Source: an uncultured cyanobacterium (lineage in GTDB: Bacteria; Cyanobacteriota; Cyanobacteriia; PCC-6307; Cyanobiaceae). From it: a stretch of DNA of 64,000 nucleotides. Location: NCBI GenBank assembly GCA_963697335.1, contig CAVONQ010000011.1, positions 58,855-122,854 of the forward strand. Reading direction: 5' to 3'. The position numbers and the translations under genes are program-made. The notes beneath the pieces were generated by a model. The model was not told where the DNA came from. It did not search any database and saw only the letters and a list, made by a program, of their open reading frames with translations. Below, piece by piece: positions 12,415-21,798 of the stretch. How positions within the stretch are numbered: the stretch's first letter is position 1; every line of letters begins with the position of its first letter.

Positions 12415-12516
12415 ATGGCCTCGGAGATCTTCGGTATTGCAGCTCTGTTCTGGGTGCTGATCCCCGTGGGCCTGGCCGGCGGCGCCCTGCTGCTGCGCTT
12501 CGCCGACGAAGACTGA
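12415..12516 (+). CDS. petM: Cytochrome b6f complex subunit PetM
   Basis: Manual translation [33 protein letters not shown]; single transmembrane helix; below the ORF-track cutoff. Confidence 0.88.
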   Translation: MASEIFGIAALFWVLIPVGLAGGALLLRFADED

Positions 12517-12594
12517 GCCTTCGCCGGCCACCGGTCCCATCGATCTCGCCCCACTGAACCGCCCCCTAGGCTCTCTGGCGATTGAGCGAGCGGC

Positions 12595-13557
12595 ATGCAG
12601 GTCTTGGTGGTGGGCGCAACGGGCACCTTGGGGCGCCAGGTTGCTCGCCGGGCCCTCGATGCAGGCCACCAGGTGCGCTGCGTGGTGCGCTCCCCCCGCA
12701 AGGCCGCCTTCCTGCAGGAGTGGGGCTGTGAGCTCACCCGGGGCGACCTGCTCGAACCCGACAGCCTCGATTACGCCCTGGAAGGCCAGGAGGCCGTGAT
12801 CGATGCGGCCACCGCCCGGGCCACCGATCCCGGCAGCGCCTACGACATCGACTGGGGCGGCAAGCAGAACCTCTTCGCTGCCTGCAGCCGCGCTGGCGTC
12901 AAGCGCCTGGTGTTCGTGTCCCTGCTGGATGCGGCACGCCACCGCGAGGTGCCGCTGATGGACATCAAGGCCTGCACGGAGGAGTGGCTGGAGGCCTCCG
13001 ATTTCGAGTACACGATCCTGCGCGGTGTGGCGTTCATGCAGGGCCTGATCAGCCAGTTCGCCATCCCCGTGCTGGAGGGGCAGACCGTGTGGGTGAGCGG
13101 ATCCCCCACCCCGATCGCCTACATGAACACCCAGGACATGGCCCGCTTCGCAGTGGCCGCCCTGGACCACCCCGAAACCGTGCGCCGGGCCTTCCCGGTG
13201 GTGGGTCCGCGGGCCTGGATCACCGGCGAGATCACCCAGCTCTGCGAGCGGTTCACCGGCAAGGATGCCCGGGTGTTCCGGGTGCCGCCGGCCCTGCTCT
13301 CGATGATGCGCGGCCTCACCAGCTTCTTCGAGGCCAGCCTCAACGTGGCCGAACGGCTCGCCTTTGATGCCGTCACCGGCGGTGGCGTCAAGCTCGATGC
13401 GCCGATGGAGGAGAGCTACGCCGCCTTTGGCCTCGATCCCTCCGAAACCACGGGCCTGGAGGCCTATCTGAAGGAGTACTACGACACGATCCTCAAGCGG
13501 CTGCGGGAGATGGAAGCCGACCTCGACAAGGACGCCAAGAAGAAGCTGCCCTTCTGA
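12595..13557 (+). CDS. Ycf39-like NAD(P)-binding atypical SDR protein
   Basis: MQVLVVGATGTLGRQVARRALDAGHQVRC, FLQEWGCEL, VPLMDIK, IAYMNTQDMARF. Confidence 0.88.
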   Translation: MQVLVVGATGTLGRQVARRALDAGHQVRCVVRSPRKAAFLQEWGCELTRGDLLEPDSLDYALEGQEAVIDAATARATDPGSAYDIDWGGKQNLFAACSRAGVKRLVFVSLLDAARHREVPLMDIKACTEEWLEASDFEYTILRGVAFMQGLISQFAIPVLEGQTVWVSGSPTPIAYMNTQDMARFAVAALDHPETVRRAFPVVGPRAWITGEITQLCERFTGKDARVFRVPPALLSMMRGLTSFFEASLNVAERLAFDAVTGGGVKLDAPMEESYAAFGLDPSETTGLEAYLKEYYDTILKRLREMEADLDKDAKKKLPF

Positions 13558-13616
13558 GGCCCTGCCCCCAGGATGGCTGGTTCGTCTGTACTATGACCCG
13601 CTGAAGCGTCTCGCCG

Positions 13617-13832
13617 ATGTCGGTTGCCCAGATCAAGAACCTGCAGCGCCGCCTGGCCAATCTCGAGGCCGAGGCCGGTGAGGCCCTCACCAGCGCCTGC
13701 GGCCACGAGCTCTGGCAGAGCCTGGGTTTCGATGCCTTTGACAGCCTGGAGGATCCCGATCGTCGCGCCCGGGCCAACTACTACTACGGCCAGCTGCAGA
13801 CGGTGCGGGAAATCAGGGACTGCCTGGGCTGA
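13617..13832 (+). CDS. Small conserved hypothetical protein
   Basis: 71-aa ORF with host-like codon usage filling the gap between ycf39-like and the pseudouridine synthase. Confidence 0.7.
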   Translation: MSVAQIKNLQRRLANLEAEAGEALTSACGHELWQSLGFDAFDSLEDPDRRARANYYYGQLQTVREIRDCLG

Positions 13833-13850
13833 GCCCCTGGCCAAACCCCC

Positions 13851-14513
13851 TTACCCACCCCCGCCGGCCCGTCCCGATTTCCCGCCGCCGGCGCGGCCGC
13901 CCCGACCTGGGGAAGGTCGCCCCAGGCGATTGAGGCGCCCTTGCTCGGAGGCTGTCAAGACACGCCACTGGCCAGGGGCCAGGCCAAGCAGGTTGAGCGG
14001 TTCCTGACCATCCATCAGGTCGATGGCCGCCCGCACCAGGCGCAGGGTGGGCAGCCCCACCAGGGCGGTCATGCGCCGCACCTGGCGGTTGCGGCCCTCC
14101 TGCAGCTGCAGCTCCAGCCAGCTCACCGGAATCCTGGCGCGCTGCCGGATCGGCGGCTGGCGCGCCGGCAGGGCGGGTTCCGCCAGCAGCCGCACCCGGG
14201 CGGGCCTGGTGCGCTGCCCCTGGAGCATCACGCCGCCGCGCAGCTGCTCCAGGGCGCCGGGATGGTCGCTGGCCTGGCCCTCCACCTGCACCCAGTAGGT
14301 GCGCCAGTGGCCAAAGCTGGGATCGGTGAGGCGCCGCTGCAGCTGGCCGTTGTCCGTGAGCAGCAACAGCCCCTCGCTGTCGGCATCCAGGCGGCCGGCG
14401 GCATACACCCGCGGCACGGGGATGAACTCGGCCAGGCTGCGCCAGCGGCTGCCGGGTTCGGGGCTGAACTGGCTCAGCACCCCGTAGGGCTTGTGAAACA
14501 GGAGGGTGGTCAG
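13851..14513 (-). CDS. rRNA pseudouridine synthase (RsuA/RluE family)
   Basis: LLFHKPYGVLSQF, AGRLDADSEGLLLLTD, TYWVQVEG, LQEGRNRQVRRMTA; homology extends upstream to CTG 14513. Confidence 0.9.
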   Translation of the reverse strand: MTTLLFHKPYGVLSQFSPEPGSRWRSLAEFIPVPRVYAAGRLDADSEGLLLLTDNGQLQRRLTDPSFGHWRTYWVQVEGQASDHPGALEQLRGGVMLQGQRTRPARVRLLAEPALPARQPPIRQRARIPVSWLELQLQEGRNRQVRRMTALVGLPTLRLVRAAIDLMDGQEPLNLLGLAPGQWRVLTASEQGRLNRLGRPSPGRGGRAGGGKSGRAGGGG

Positions 14514-14520
14514 TGGACCA

Positions 14521-14607
14521 TCAGGACTGGCGGGCGTTCCAGAGGTTGACCACGCCGATCGAAATCATCAGCAGGCCCAGACCCAGGCTGAGGGGGGGAA
14601 GGATCAT
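14521..14607 (-). CDS. Candidate 28-aa single-TM small protein
   Basis: MILPPLSLGLGLLMISIGVVNLWNARQS; the stop lies 7 nt before the pseudouridine synthase start. Confidence 0.4.
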   Translation of the reverse strand: MILPPLSLGLGLLMISIGVVNLWNARQS

Positions 14608-14730
14608 GGCGGTGGGGCCTGGTGCTGGGGGCGCGCAGACCCTAGGCCCTGAACCAGCCCCCCGGCCGGGGGGCGGCCCAGTGACGCCTAAGCTACAGAA
14701 AGCTGTTGCTTCGCCTGGCCGCTTCGCTGC

Positions 14731-15000
14731 ATGATTGAGACCTCCGGTGTGATTGAGAAGGAACAGGGCAACGGGTTCTACCTGGTGACCCTGGAGCAGC
14801 CGGCTGGTCACAAGTGCCTCTGTCGGGCGGCGGGCAAGCTCACCAAGTTCCGGATCAAGCTGCTGGCGGGCGACAAGGTGCTGGTGGAGATCAGCCCCTA
14901 CGACCTCACCCGCGGCCGCATCACCTACCGGGAGCGCAATGCCGGAGCCACGGGCCCCCGGGCCGGCGGCAACCGCCCCGGCGGCCCCCGGCGCCGTTGA
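14731..15000 (+). CDS. infA: Translation initiation factor IF-1
   Basis: MIETSGVI, IKLLAGDKVLVEISPYDLTRGRITYR. Confidence 0.95.
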   Translation: MIETSGVIEKEQGNGFYLVTLEQPAGHKCLCRAAGKLTKFRIKLLAGDKVLVEISPYDLTRGRITYRERNAGATGPRAGGNRPGGPRRR

Positions 15001-15027
15001 GCCTGGGCCTGACCAGCGCGAGCCAGC

Positions 15028-16428
15028 TCAGACAGGCACCGCCAACAGCCCTTCGATGGCGGCCTTGAATTCGCTGCGCTGTTTCACGCCCTTGAACTGC
15101 TGCTGCAGCTCCTTGCGGAAGAACAGCTGCACCGTGGGCGTGCCGGTGACCCCCGCCTGCACGGCAATCTCCTGATCGGCTTCGATGTCGATCTCCACCC
15201 CCTGGGCGGCGCCGCCCAGCTCGTCGAGCACGCGCTTGAGCTGGGGCTTGAGCACGTGGCAGGGCCCGCAGGTGGGGGAGGTGTACACCACCAGCAGGGG
15301 CTTGTCGCTGTCGTGGTAGAGCTTGCGCAGGGCGTAACCGCCCTTCTGCCAGAGGGCCGCTGGATCGAAGTTGGCCTCGTCGCTCACGGCCGTGCGGCGG
15401 GGTTCACCCACCGTTTCGGGGTCCACCGGGGTGTGGCTCACGGTGGTGGCGAGGTTGTGGTGGGTGAGCCAGCGCTCGGCGGCGAGGGCGGCCTGACAGC
15501 CGCTGCCGGCGGCGGTGACGCCCTGGCGCCACTCGGCATCGGCCACGTCGCCGGCGGCGAACACCCCCTCGAGGCTGGTTTCGGGCCGGCCGGGCCGGGT
15601 CACCAGGTAGCCCAGCTGGTCCACCTCCAGCTGATCCTTCACCAGGCGGGTGTTGGGGGTGTGGCCGATGGCATAGAAGAGGCCCTTCACGGCCAACTCT
15701 TCGCGGCCGTCTCCCCGGGTGTCCTGCAGCGTGAGGGCGCCCAGCCAGTCTTCGCCGCTGCAATCGAGCACCTGACGGTGCCAGTGCACGGTGATGGCGG
15801 GATTGGCCAGCACCCGATCGGCCATGGCCTTGCTGGCCCGCAGCTGGCCGGAGCGCACGATCAGGTGCACCTGGCTGCCGTACTTGGTGAGATACACGGC
15901 CTCTTCACAGGCGGAGTCGCCGCCACCCACCACGGCCACGGGCTCGTTGCGGAACTGGGGGGTGGCGCCGTCGCAGATGGCGCAGGCGCTGATGCCGCGG
16001 CTCCAGAACTGCTCCTCACTGGGCAGGCCCAGCCGGTTGGCGCTGGCGCCGGTGGCCAGGATCAGGCTGTGGGCCTGGTAGGTGACACCATCGGCGCTCA
16101 CCCGGTAGGGCCGCTGGCTGAGGTCGATGGCCGTGGCATCGGCGAGCACCAGCTCGGTGCCCCAGCGCTCGGCCTGGGCCTTCATCCGATCCATCAGGTC
16201 TGGCCCCAGGATCCCATCGGGAAATCCCGGGTAGTTCTCCACATGGGTGGTGGTCATCAGCTGGCCGCCGGGGATGCCGCCGTCCTGAAAGCCGGTGATC
16301 AGCAGGGGCCGCAGGTTGGCGCGGGCGGCGTAGATGGCGGCGGTGTAACCGGCGGGGCCGGAGCCCACGATCACCAGATTCTCGATCTCTGGCCGGCTCG
16401 GGACGGCGGGGCTGCTCTCGGCGGACAC
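15028..16428 (-). CDS. trxB: NADPH-thioredoxin reductase with fused C-terminal thioredoxin (NTRC type)
   Basis: [44 protein letters not shown]-terminal CGPC thioredoxin domain. Confidence 0.95.
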   Translation of the reverse strand: MSAESSPAVPSRPEIENLVIVGSGPAGYTAAIYAARANLRPLLITGFQDGGIPGGQLMTTTHVENYPGFPDGILGPDLMDRMKAQAERWGTELVLADATAIDLSQRPYRVSADGVTYQAHSLILATGASANRLGLPSEEQFWSRGISACAICDGATPQFRNEPVAVVGGGDSACEEAVYLTKYGSQVHLIVRSGQLRASKAMADRVLANPAITVHWHRQVLDCSGEDWLGALTLQDTRGDGREELAVKGLFYAIGHTPNTRLVKDQLEVDQLGYLVTRPGRPETSLEGVFAAGDVADAEWRQGVTAAGSGCQAALAAERWLTHHNLATTVSHTPVDPETVGEPRRTAVSDEANFDPAALWQKGGYALRKLYHDSDKPLLVVYTSPTCGPCHVLKPQLKRVLDELGGAAQGVEIDIEADQEIAVQAGVTGTPTVQLFFRKELQQQFKGVKQRSEFKAAIEGLLAVPV

Positions 16429-16484
16429 GGCTTAAGCGGAGTGACTATGACTTGCAGCCTAGGGGACGGGGCGGCCCGCCGCGT

Positions 16485-16721
16485 TCAGAGCTCCAGGATG
16501 CCGTCGATCTCGGGATTCACGGCCTTGTTCAGGTTGTTGGGCACCATCAGCATGCCCAGCTCCAGCAGCTGCGGATGGTCTTCCACGCCCAGGAGCCATT
16601 CGCGGAACTCCTCGGTGAGCGCGTAACTCTCCTCGTAGTGCTCCAGTGCGTCGAGGGTGGCCCGGCGGGCCAGGGCCCAGCTCACGGCAACGGTCAGTCG
16701 GCGGTTCAGTGGAGCATCCAT
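16485..16721 (-). CDS. Small hypothetical protein
   Basis: MDAPLNRRLTVAVSWALARRATLDALEHYEESYALTEEFREWLL...; coding-like composition. Confidence 0.7.
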   Translation of the reverse strand: MDAPLNRRLTVAVSWALARRATLDALEHYEESYALTEEFREWLLGVEDHPQLLELGMLMVPNNLNKAVNPEIDGILEL

Positions 16722-16897
16722 GATCCCGATCCGAATTCCATTTGTGGCACCACGTTGGCGGCCGCTGCGCCGAATCGAGGTAGTGGTTGACACAACGTCG
16801 TGAAGACCTCGCCCCTTTGTCCCATTTTGGCAAGTGTTTTGTCCAAATCCGTACAGGTTTGTGGTGAAGGCTCCCTCGGGCGAGTGGCTCACGCGGC

Positions 16898-18406
16898 TCA
16901 GGCGGGCCGCCTCAGGAAGCCAGGCAGCTCGGGACCGCGCAGGCGAAGCATCTCGCCCGCCTCTTCGCGAATCGCCTCCAGGGGCAGCTGGCCCCCCGGG
17001 GCCTGGCCCGCCCCAGCCGCTGCCGCCGGCGCGGACCTGGGCCGCAGCAGATAGGGCTCGCTCAGCGACCAGCTGCGGGCGTAGCTGATCAGCAGGGGAT
17101 CGGCAGGGGCGAACACATAGGAGGGGTGGCGCGGAATCGCCTCCAGGGCGGCGCGGCTCGCCTCCATGCGCACGGCCCTGGTGATCGCCTGCACGAAGCG
17201 GCTGCGGGTCACCACGGTGGTGAGGTAGGCCACCACCCGCAGCCGCGGCGCATCGAAGCCCTCGGCGCACATGTCGATGCTCACCAGCCAGTCGGCCTCC
17301 CCCGCCTGGAATGCGGCCAGCCGCTCCGCCGCCTGGGGGTCCTGGGAGTGCACCAGATGCACCCGATCACCCTGTTCCCGCAGCAGGGCACTGAGCTGGC
17401 CCGCATGGGCGATGTCCCGGGCGATCACCAGCCCTCCCGCTTCGGGGTGCTCGCGCCGCACCCGCTCCAGGCGGTCGCGGGCGCGCAGCAGCAGCCGCAG
17501 GGCAATGCTGCTGGGATCGCCCAGGCGGATGGCCCGCCGCAGGTTGCGGGCCCGCCAGCTCTCGCGGGCCTCGGCCGAGAGGGGCGAGGTTTCGGTGTCG
17601 CCGTGCTGGAGCGGGTGGGCCTCGATCGGGCGGCCGTGCTCCACCCAGCCGTCCTGGAAGCGGAACTCCAACGGGCGCACATCGCCGGCGGCGATCAGGG
17701 CCCGGGGCTCCACGCTCAGGTCGGGGCGGATGTGTTCCACGGTTTGATCGCCCTGGCGCTCCTGAATGCGGCGGGCGGCGCAGAAGGCCAGGTTGTCGGC
17801 CCGGAAGGGGGTACCGGTGAGCCCGAGCCGCAGGGCGGCACCGGTGGTGAGTCGGCTGAAGGCCTGCCCCCAGGCCGCCGCCTCCGGTTCCTCCGGATCG
17901 ATGCCGAGGTGGTGCACCTCATCGGCGATCGCCAGCCAGCGGCCCCCTCCGATGGCGCCGGGGCCGCCTGCGCCCCAGGGGTCACTCCAGGCGGCCTCGA
18001 GGCGCTGTCGATAGCGGGCGGCGGCCTGGTAGCTGAGCACCAGGCCCTGCCGGGGCTCCCCGGCCTGGGGGGGCTCCAGCTCCTGGTCGGGGCTCCAGAG
18101 CTGCAGCTGCATCCCCAGCCGCACGGCGGCCGCCTGCCATTGGCTGGCGATCGTGGTGCGGTGGCAGAACACCAGCAGGTGATCCAGCCGGCCCTCCGCC
18201 TGCAGGCGCTGGAAGCTGAGCAGGGCCCCGAGGGTCTTGCCGGCGCCGGGTCCGGCATGGATCAGCACGTCCTGGCCACCGGCGGGCGCCTGCCCCAGGC
18301 GGGCACGCAACAGCTGGATCAGCTGGCTCTGCCACTGGCGCGGGCGGATCGGGCAGGCGGCGGCCGAACCGTTCCCCGCAGGCAAGGTGAAGGAGGGGGG
18401 GGCCAT
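16898..18406 (-). CDS. Superfamily II DEAD/DEAH-box helicase (ResIII-like)
   Basis: AGPGAGKT Walker A, IADEVHH, GLTGTPFRAD, VSIDMCAEGFDAP, QAITRAVR. Confidence 0.88.
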   Translation of the reverse strand: MAPPSFTLPAGNGSAAACPIRPRQWQSQLIQLLRARLGQAPAGGQDVLIHAGPGAGKTLGALLSFQRLQAEGRLDHLLVFCHRTTIASQWQAAAVRLGMQLQLWSPDQELEPPQAGEPRQGLVLSYQAAARYRQRLEAAWSDPWGAGGPGAIGGGRWLAIADEVHHLGIDPEEPEAAAWGQAFSRLTTGAALRLGLTGTPFRADNLAFCAARRIQERQGDQTVEHIRPDLSVEPRALIAAGDVRPLEFRFQDGWVEHGRPIEAHPLQHGDTETSPLSAEARESWRARNLRRAIRLGDPSSIALRLLLRARDRLERVRREHPEAGGLVIARDIAHAGQLSALLREQGDRVHLVHSQDPQAAERLAAFQAGEADWLVSIDMCAEGFDAPRLRVVAYLTTVVTRSRFVQAITRAVRMEASRAALEAIPRHPSYVFAPADPLLISYARSWSLSEPYLLRPRSAPAAAAGAGQAPGGQLPLEAIREEAGEMLRLRGPELPGFLRRPA

Positions 18407-18521
18407 GGCACTCCTGGAGCCTGCATTGTCCCCCCAGCCGCCCATGTAAATAGGTGTTCTCGCTGATGGGCAGGTTCTGCAGGCTGCCTAGCTTCCGGGG
18501 GACCAGTAGTCGAGCGCGGCC

Positions 18522-18701
18522 ATGGTTCCCCCTCCCCGCCTGCCGATCGCCTCGTCGTCGTGGCGACGCCGCCACCTGGAGCTGTGCTGGCTGCTGGAGT
18601 GCGACATCGACCCGCTGATCCTGCGGGCCCGCCTGCTGCACCGCTACCAGGCCGAGGCCCTGGCCCGCTGCATTGAGCAGGAATTGCTGCCGATCGTGTA
18701 G
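18522..18701 (+). CDS. Small conserved picocyanobacterial protein (59 aa)
   Basis: Manual translation MVPPPRLPIASSSWRRRHLELCWLLECDIDPLILRARLLHRYQAEALARCIEQELLPIV; absent from the track. Confidence 0.6.
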   Translation: MVPPPRLPIASSSWRRRHLELCWLLECDIDPLILRARLLHRYQAEALARCIEQELLPIV

Positions 18702-18823
18702 TGACGCCGATCCGGTGGTGTGTCCAGAGCGTGCCAGGTGGGCATGCCCGCACATTGCCCCCCGATGCGTTGCCGCCGCAGCCGACTGGCTTCCTAATAC
18801 AGACAGGACCATGTGCAGCACCG

Positions 18824-20011
18824 GTGTCCCTGTCTCCCCCCCAGCTCCTGATTCAGCGGGAAGTCCACCCCGGCGAGGCGCGGGTGGCCGCGACTCCCGA
18901 AACCGTGCAGCGACTCAGCGCCAAGGGCCTGAGCATTGCCGTGGAGGCCGGGGCGGGGGAGGCCTCCGGCTACGGCGATCAGGCCTATGCCGCCGCCGGC
19001 GCCGCACTCCTGGCCGGTGACAGCCCCAGCTGGGAGCACCTCGATGGGGTGCTGTGCGTGCAGCCCCCTGCGCAGGAGCGCCTGGAGCAGCTGCGCCCCG
19101 GTGCCCTGCTGGTGGGCCTGCTGGCCCCCTACGGCGCCGATGCCCTGGTGGGAGCCCTCAACCGCCGTCAGGTGTCGGCCCTGGCCCTGGAGCTGTTGCC
19201 CCGCACCAGCCGCGCCCAGACCATGGACGTGCTCTCCTCCCAGGCCAACATCGCCGGCTACAAGGCGGTGCTGCTGGCGGCGGCGGCCCTCGATCGCTAT
19301 GTGCCGATGCTGATGACGGCCGCCGGCACGATCCAGCCGGCCCGCACCCTGATCCTCGGCGCCGGCGTGGCGGGCCTCCAGGCCCTGGCCACGGCCCGTC
19401 GCCTCGGTTCGGTGGTGTATGTGAGTGACGTGCGCGCCGCCGCCCGCGAGCAGGTGGAGTCCCTGGGGGGACGCTTCGTGGCACCGCCCGAGCGGGACGA
19501 GGCCCCGGGCGAGGCCGGCGGCTATGCCAAGGCGGCCAGCGAGGCCTTCCTGGCCGCCCAGCGCCAGCAGCTGGAAGAGCAGCTCGCCCAGGCCGACATG
19601 GTGATCTGCACGGCCCAGGTGCCCGGCCGGCCGGCGCCGCGGCTGATCAGCGAGGCGATGCTGGATCGGCTGCGCCCCGGGGCGGTGGTGGTGGACCTGG
19701 CCGTGGGCCAGGGCGGCAACTGCGCCTGCACCGTGCCCGGCCAGACCGTGCTGCGCCACGGCGTGCAGCTGATCGGCGCCGACGCCCTGCCGAGCAGCGT
19801 GCCCAACCACGCCAGCGCCCTCTATGCCCGCAACGTGGCGTCCCTGCTGGAGCACCTGCTCAGCCTGAACCCGCCGCCCGGCGCCAGCTTCGGGTTTGAT
19901 CGGGAGGATCCGATCGTGGCGGGCTGCCTGATCACCCATGGGGGCCGCTGCTGGCGCCCCGATGTGGTGGGCGTGGCCGCCGATGAACCCCAGCTGGCGG
20001 GGGTGGCCTGA
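18824..20011 (+). CDS. pntA: NAD(P) transhydrogenase alpha subunit, NAD-binding part
   Basis: EARVAATPETV, RAQTMDVLSSQANIAGYKAV, LMTAAGT, LILGAGVAGLQA, VDLAVGQGGNC; start GTG 18824 inferred. Confidence 0.95.
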   Translation: MSLSPPQLLIQREVHPGEARVAATPETVQRLSAKGLSIAVEAGAGEASGYGDQAYAAAGAALLAGDSPSWEHLDGVLCVQPPAQERLEQLRPGALLVGLLAPYGADALVGALNRRQVSALALELLPRTSRAQTMDVLSSQANIAGYKAVLLAAAALDRYVPMLMTAAGTIQPARTLILGAGVAGLQALATARRLGSVVYVSDVRAAAREQVESLGGRFVAPPERDEAPGEAGGYAKAASEAFLAAQRQQLEEQLAQADMVICTAQVPGRPAPRLISEAMLDRLRPGAVVVDLAVGQGGNCACTVPGQTVLRHGVQLIGADALPSSVPNHASALYARNVASLLEHLLSLNPPPGASFGFDREDPIVAGCLITHGGRCWRPDVVGVAADEPQLAGVA

Positions 20012-20298
20012 TGGGCAGCCTCTCCGAATCGCTCTGGGTGCTGCTGCTCGGCAGCCTGCTGGGGCTGGAACTGATCGGCAAGGTGCCCCCCACCCTGCAC
20101 ACCCCCCTGATGAGCGGTGCCAACGCCATCAGCGGCATCACCGTGCTGGCCTCGCTCACCCTGATTGCCCAGGCCGGGGATGCCCCGGTGCTGCTGTTGC
20201 TGGGCTCCCTCTCCCTGGGCTTCGCCCTGTTCAACGTGGTGGGCGGCTTCCTGGTGACCGATCGCATGCTGGCGATGTTCGCCCGCAAACCGCGCTGA
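20011..20298 (+). CDS. pntA: NAD(P) transhydrogenase alpha subunit, membrane part
   Basis: KVPPTLHTPLMSGANAISGI, NVVGGFLVTDRMLAMF. Confidence 0.95.
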   Translation: MGSLSESLWVLLLGSLLGLELIGKVPPTLHTPLMSGANAISGITVLASLTLIAQAGDAPVLLLLGSLSLGFALFNVVGGFLVTDRMLAMFARKPR

Positions 20299-20329
20299 AC
20301 CGCCTCCCTTTCTCCCCCGCCCGAACCTG

Positions 20330-21757
20330 ATGGACACCCTGAGCGCCGCGTTTCCCGTGGTGATCGACCTGGCGGCCGTGCTGCTGCTCGCCCTGGGCCT
20401 CAAGGGCCTCTCCAAGGTGCGCTCGGCCCGCTCCGCCAACGGCCTGGCGGCCCTGGCCATGGGCCTGGCGGTGGCCGGGCTGCTGATCCAGCTGCGGCCG
20501 GCGCCGATCGCCTGGGCCGGCATCGGCGCCGGCGCCGCGGTGGGTGGCCTGGCCGGGCTGATCACCGCCCGCCGGGTGCCGATGACGGCCATGCCCGAAA
20601 TGGTGGCCCTGTTCAACGGCTGCGGTGGCCTCTCCTCGCTGCTGGTGGCCGTGGGGGTGGCCCTGTTCCGGGCCGATGCCTCCAACCTGGTGTCCCAGGT
20701 GTCGATCGCCATCTCGGTGGTGGTGGGCGCGATCACCTTCAGCGGCTCGATCGTGGCGATGGCCAAGCTGCAGGGCTGGCTCGACACGCCGGCCTGGACC
20801 CAGAGCGGCCTGCGCCATGGCGTCAACATCGCCCTGGCGGCGGTGGCCCTGGGGGCGGCGGTGCTCCTGAGCAGCTCCGGCGGCCCCACGCTGCTGGCGG
20901 TGCTGGTGACCAGCTCCTGCCTGCTCGGCATCGGCCTCACCCTGCCGATCGGCGGCGCCGACATGCCGGTGGTGATCTCGCTGCTGAACAGCTACTCGGG
21001 CGTGGCGGCGGCGGCGGCGGGCTTCGTGGTGGGCAGCCAGCTGCTGATCGTGGCCGGCGCCATGGTGGGCTCGGCCGGCCTGATCCTCACCCAGGTGATG
21101 TGCACGGCGATGAACCGCTCCCTGGTGAGCGTGCTGTTCGGCGGTGCCCTGGGCGTGGCGCCCAAGGTGGGCGGTGGTGGCAGCGAGGCCGGCTACACCC
21201 GCATCACCAGCTGCAGCCCGGAGGAGTGCGCCCTGGCCCTCGAGAACGCCGAGCGGGTGGTGTTCGTGCCCGGCTACGGGCTGGCGGTGGCCCAGGCCCA
21301 GCACGCCCTGCGGGAGCTGGCCAAGGTGCTCGAGGCCAATGGCACCGAGGTGAGCTATGCGATTCACCCGGTGGCGGGGCGCATGCCCGGCCACATGAAT
21401 GTGCTGCTGGCTGAGGCCGATGTGCCCTACGAGCAATTGCAGGAGATGGACGCCATCAACCCCGAGTTCCCCCGCACCGACGTGGCGATCGTGCTCGGCG
21501 CCAACGACGTGGTGAACCCCGACGCCAAGACCGACCCCACCAGCCCCCTCTACGGCATGCCTGTGCTGGAGGTGGACCAGGCCCGCCAGGTGTTCGTGGT
21601 GAAGCGCAGCCTCGGCGCCGGCTACGCCGGCATTGCCAATGGCCTGTTCGAGCTGCCCCAGACGGCGATGGTGTTCGGCGACGCCAAGGTGGTGCTCAAT
21701 GGCCTGCTCTCGGAGCTGCGGGAGCTGGGGGTGGGCCGGCAGAAGGTGGCGTCCTGA
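20330..21757 (+). CDS. pntB: NAD(P) transhydrogenase beta subunit
   Basis: MTAMPEMVALFNG, PIGGADMPVVISLLNSYSG, VPGYGLAVAQAQH, HPVAGRMPGHMNVLLAEA, GANDVVNP. Confidence 0.97.
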   Translation: MDTLSAAFPVVIDLAAVLLLALGLKGLSKVRSARSANGLAALAMGLAVAGLLIQLRPAPIAWAGIGAGAAVGGLAGLITARRVPMTAMPEMVALFNGCGGLSSLLVAVGVALFRADASNLVSQVSIAISVVVGAITFSGSIVAMAKLQGWLDTPAWTQSGLRHGVNIALAAVALGAAVLLSSSGGPTLLAVLVTSSCLLGIGLTLPIGGADMPVVISLLNSYSGVAAAAAGFVVGSQLLIVAGAMVGSAGLILTQVMCTAMNRSLVSVLFGGALGVAPKVGGGGSEAGYTRITSCSPEECALALENAERVVFVPGYGLAVAQAQHALRELAKVLEANGTEVSYAIHPVAGRMPGHMNVLLAEADVPYEQLQEMDAINPEFPRTDVAIVLGANDVVNPDAKTDPTSPLYGMPVLEVDQARQVFVVKRSLGAGYAGIANGLFELPQTAMVFGDAKVVLNGLLSELRELGVGRQKVAS

Positions 21758-21798
21758 GGCGGGGGAGCCAGCATGATGGCGTCAGCAGAGCAGGGTCG

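Noticed and set aside
15028..16428. Thioredoxin reductase-thioredoxin fusion
   Set aside because: Known NTRC architecture in cyanobacteria and plants.
16898..18406. ResIII-like helicase as a possible defence system
   Set aside because: No nuclease or methylase partner; host-like composition within a core gene run.
18824..20298. Split pntA
   Set aside because: Three-gene transhydrogenases are a normal type.
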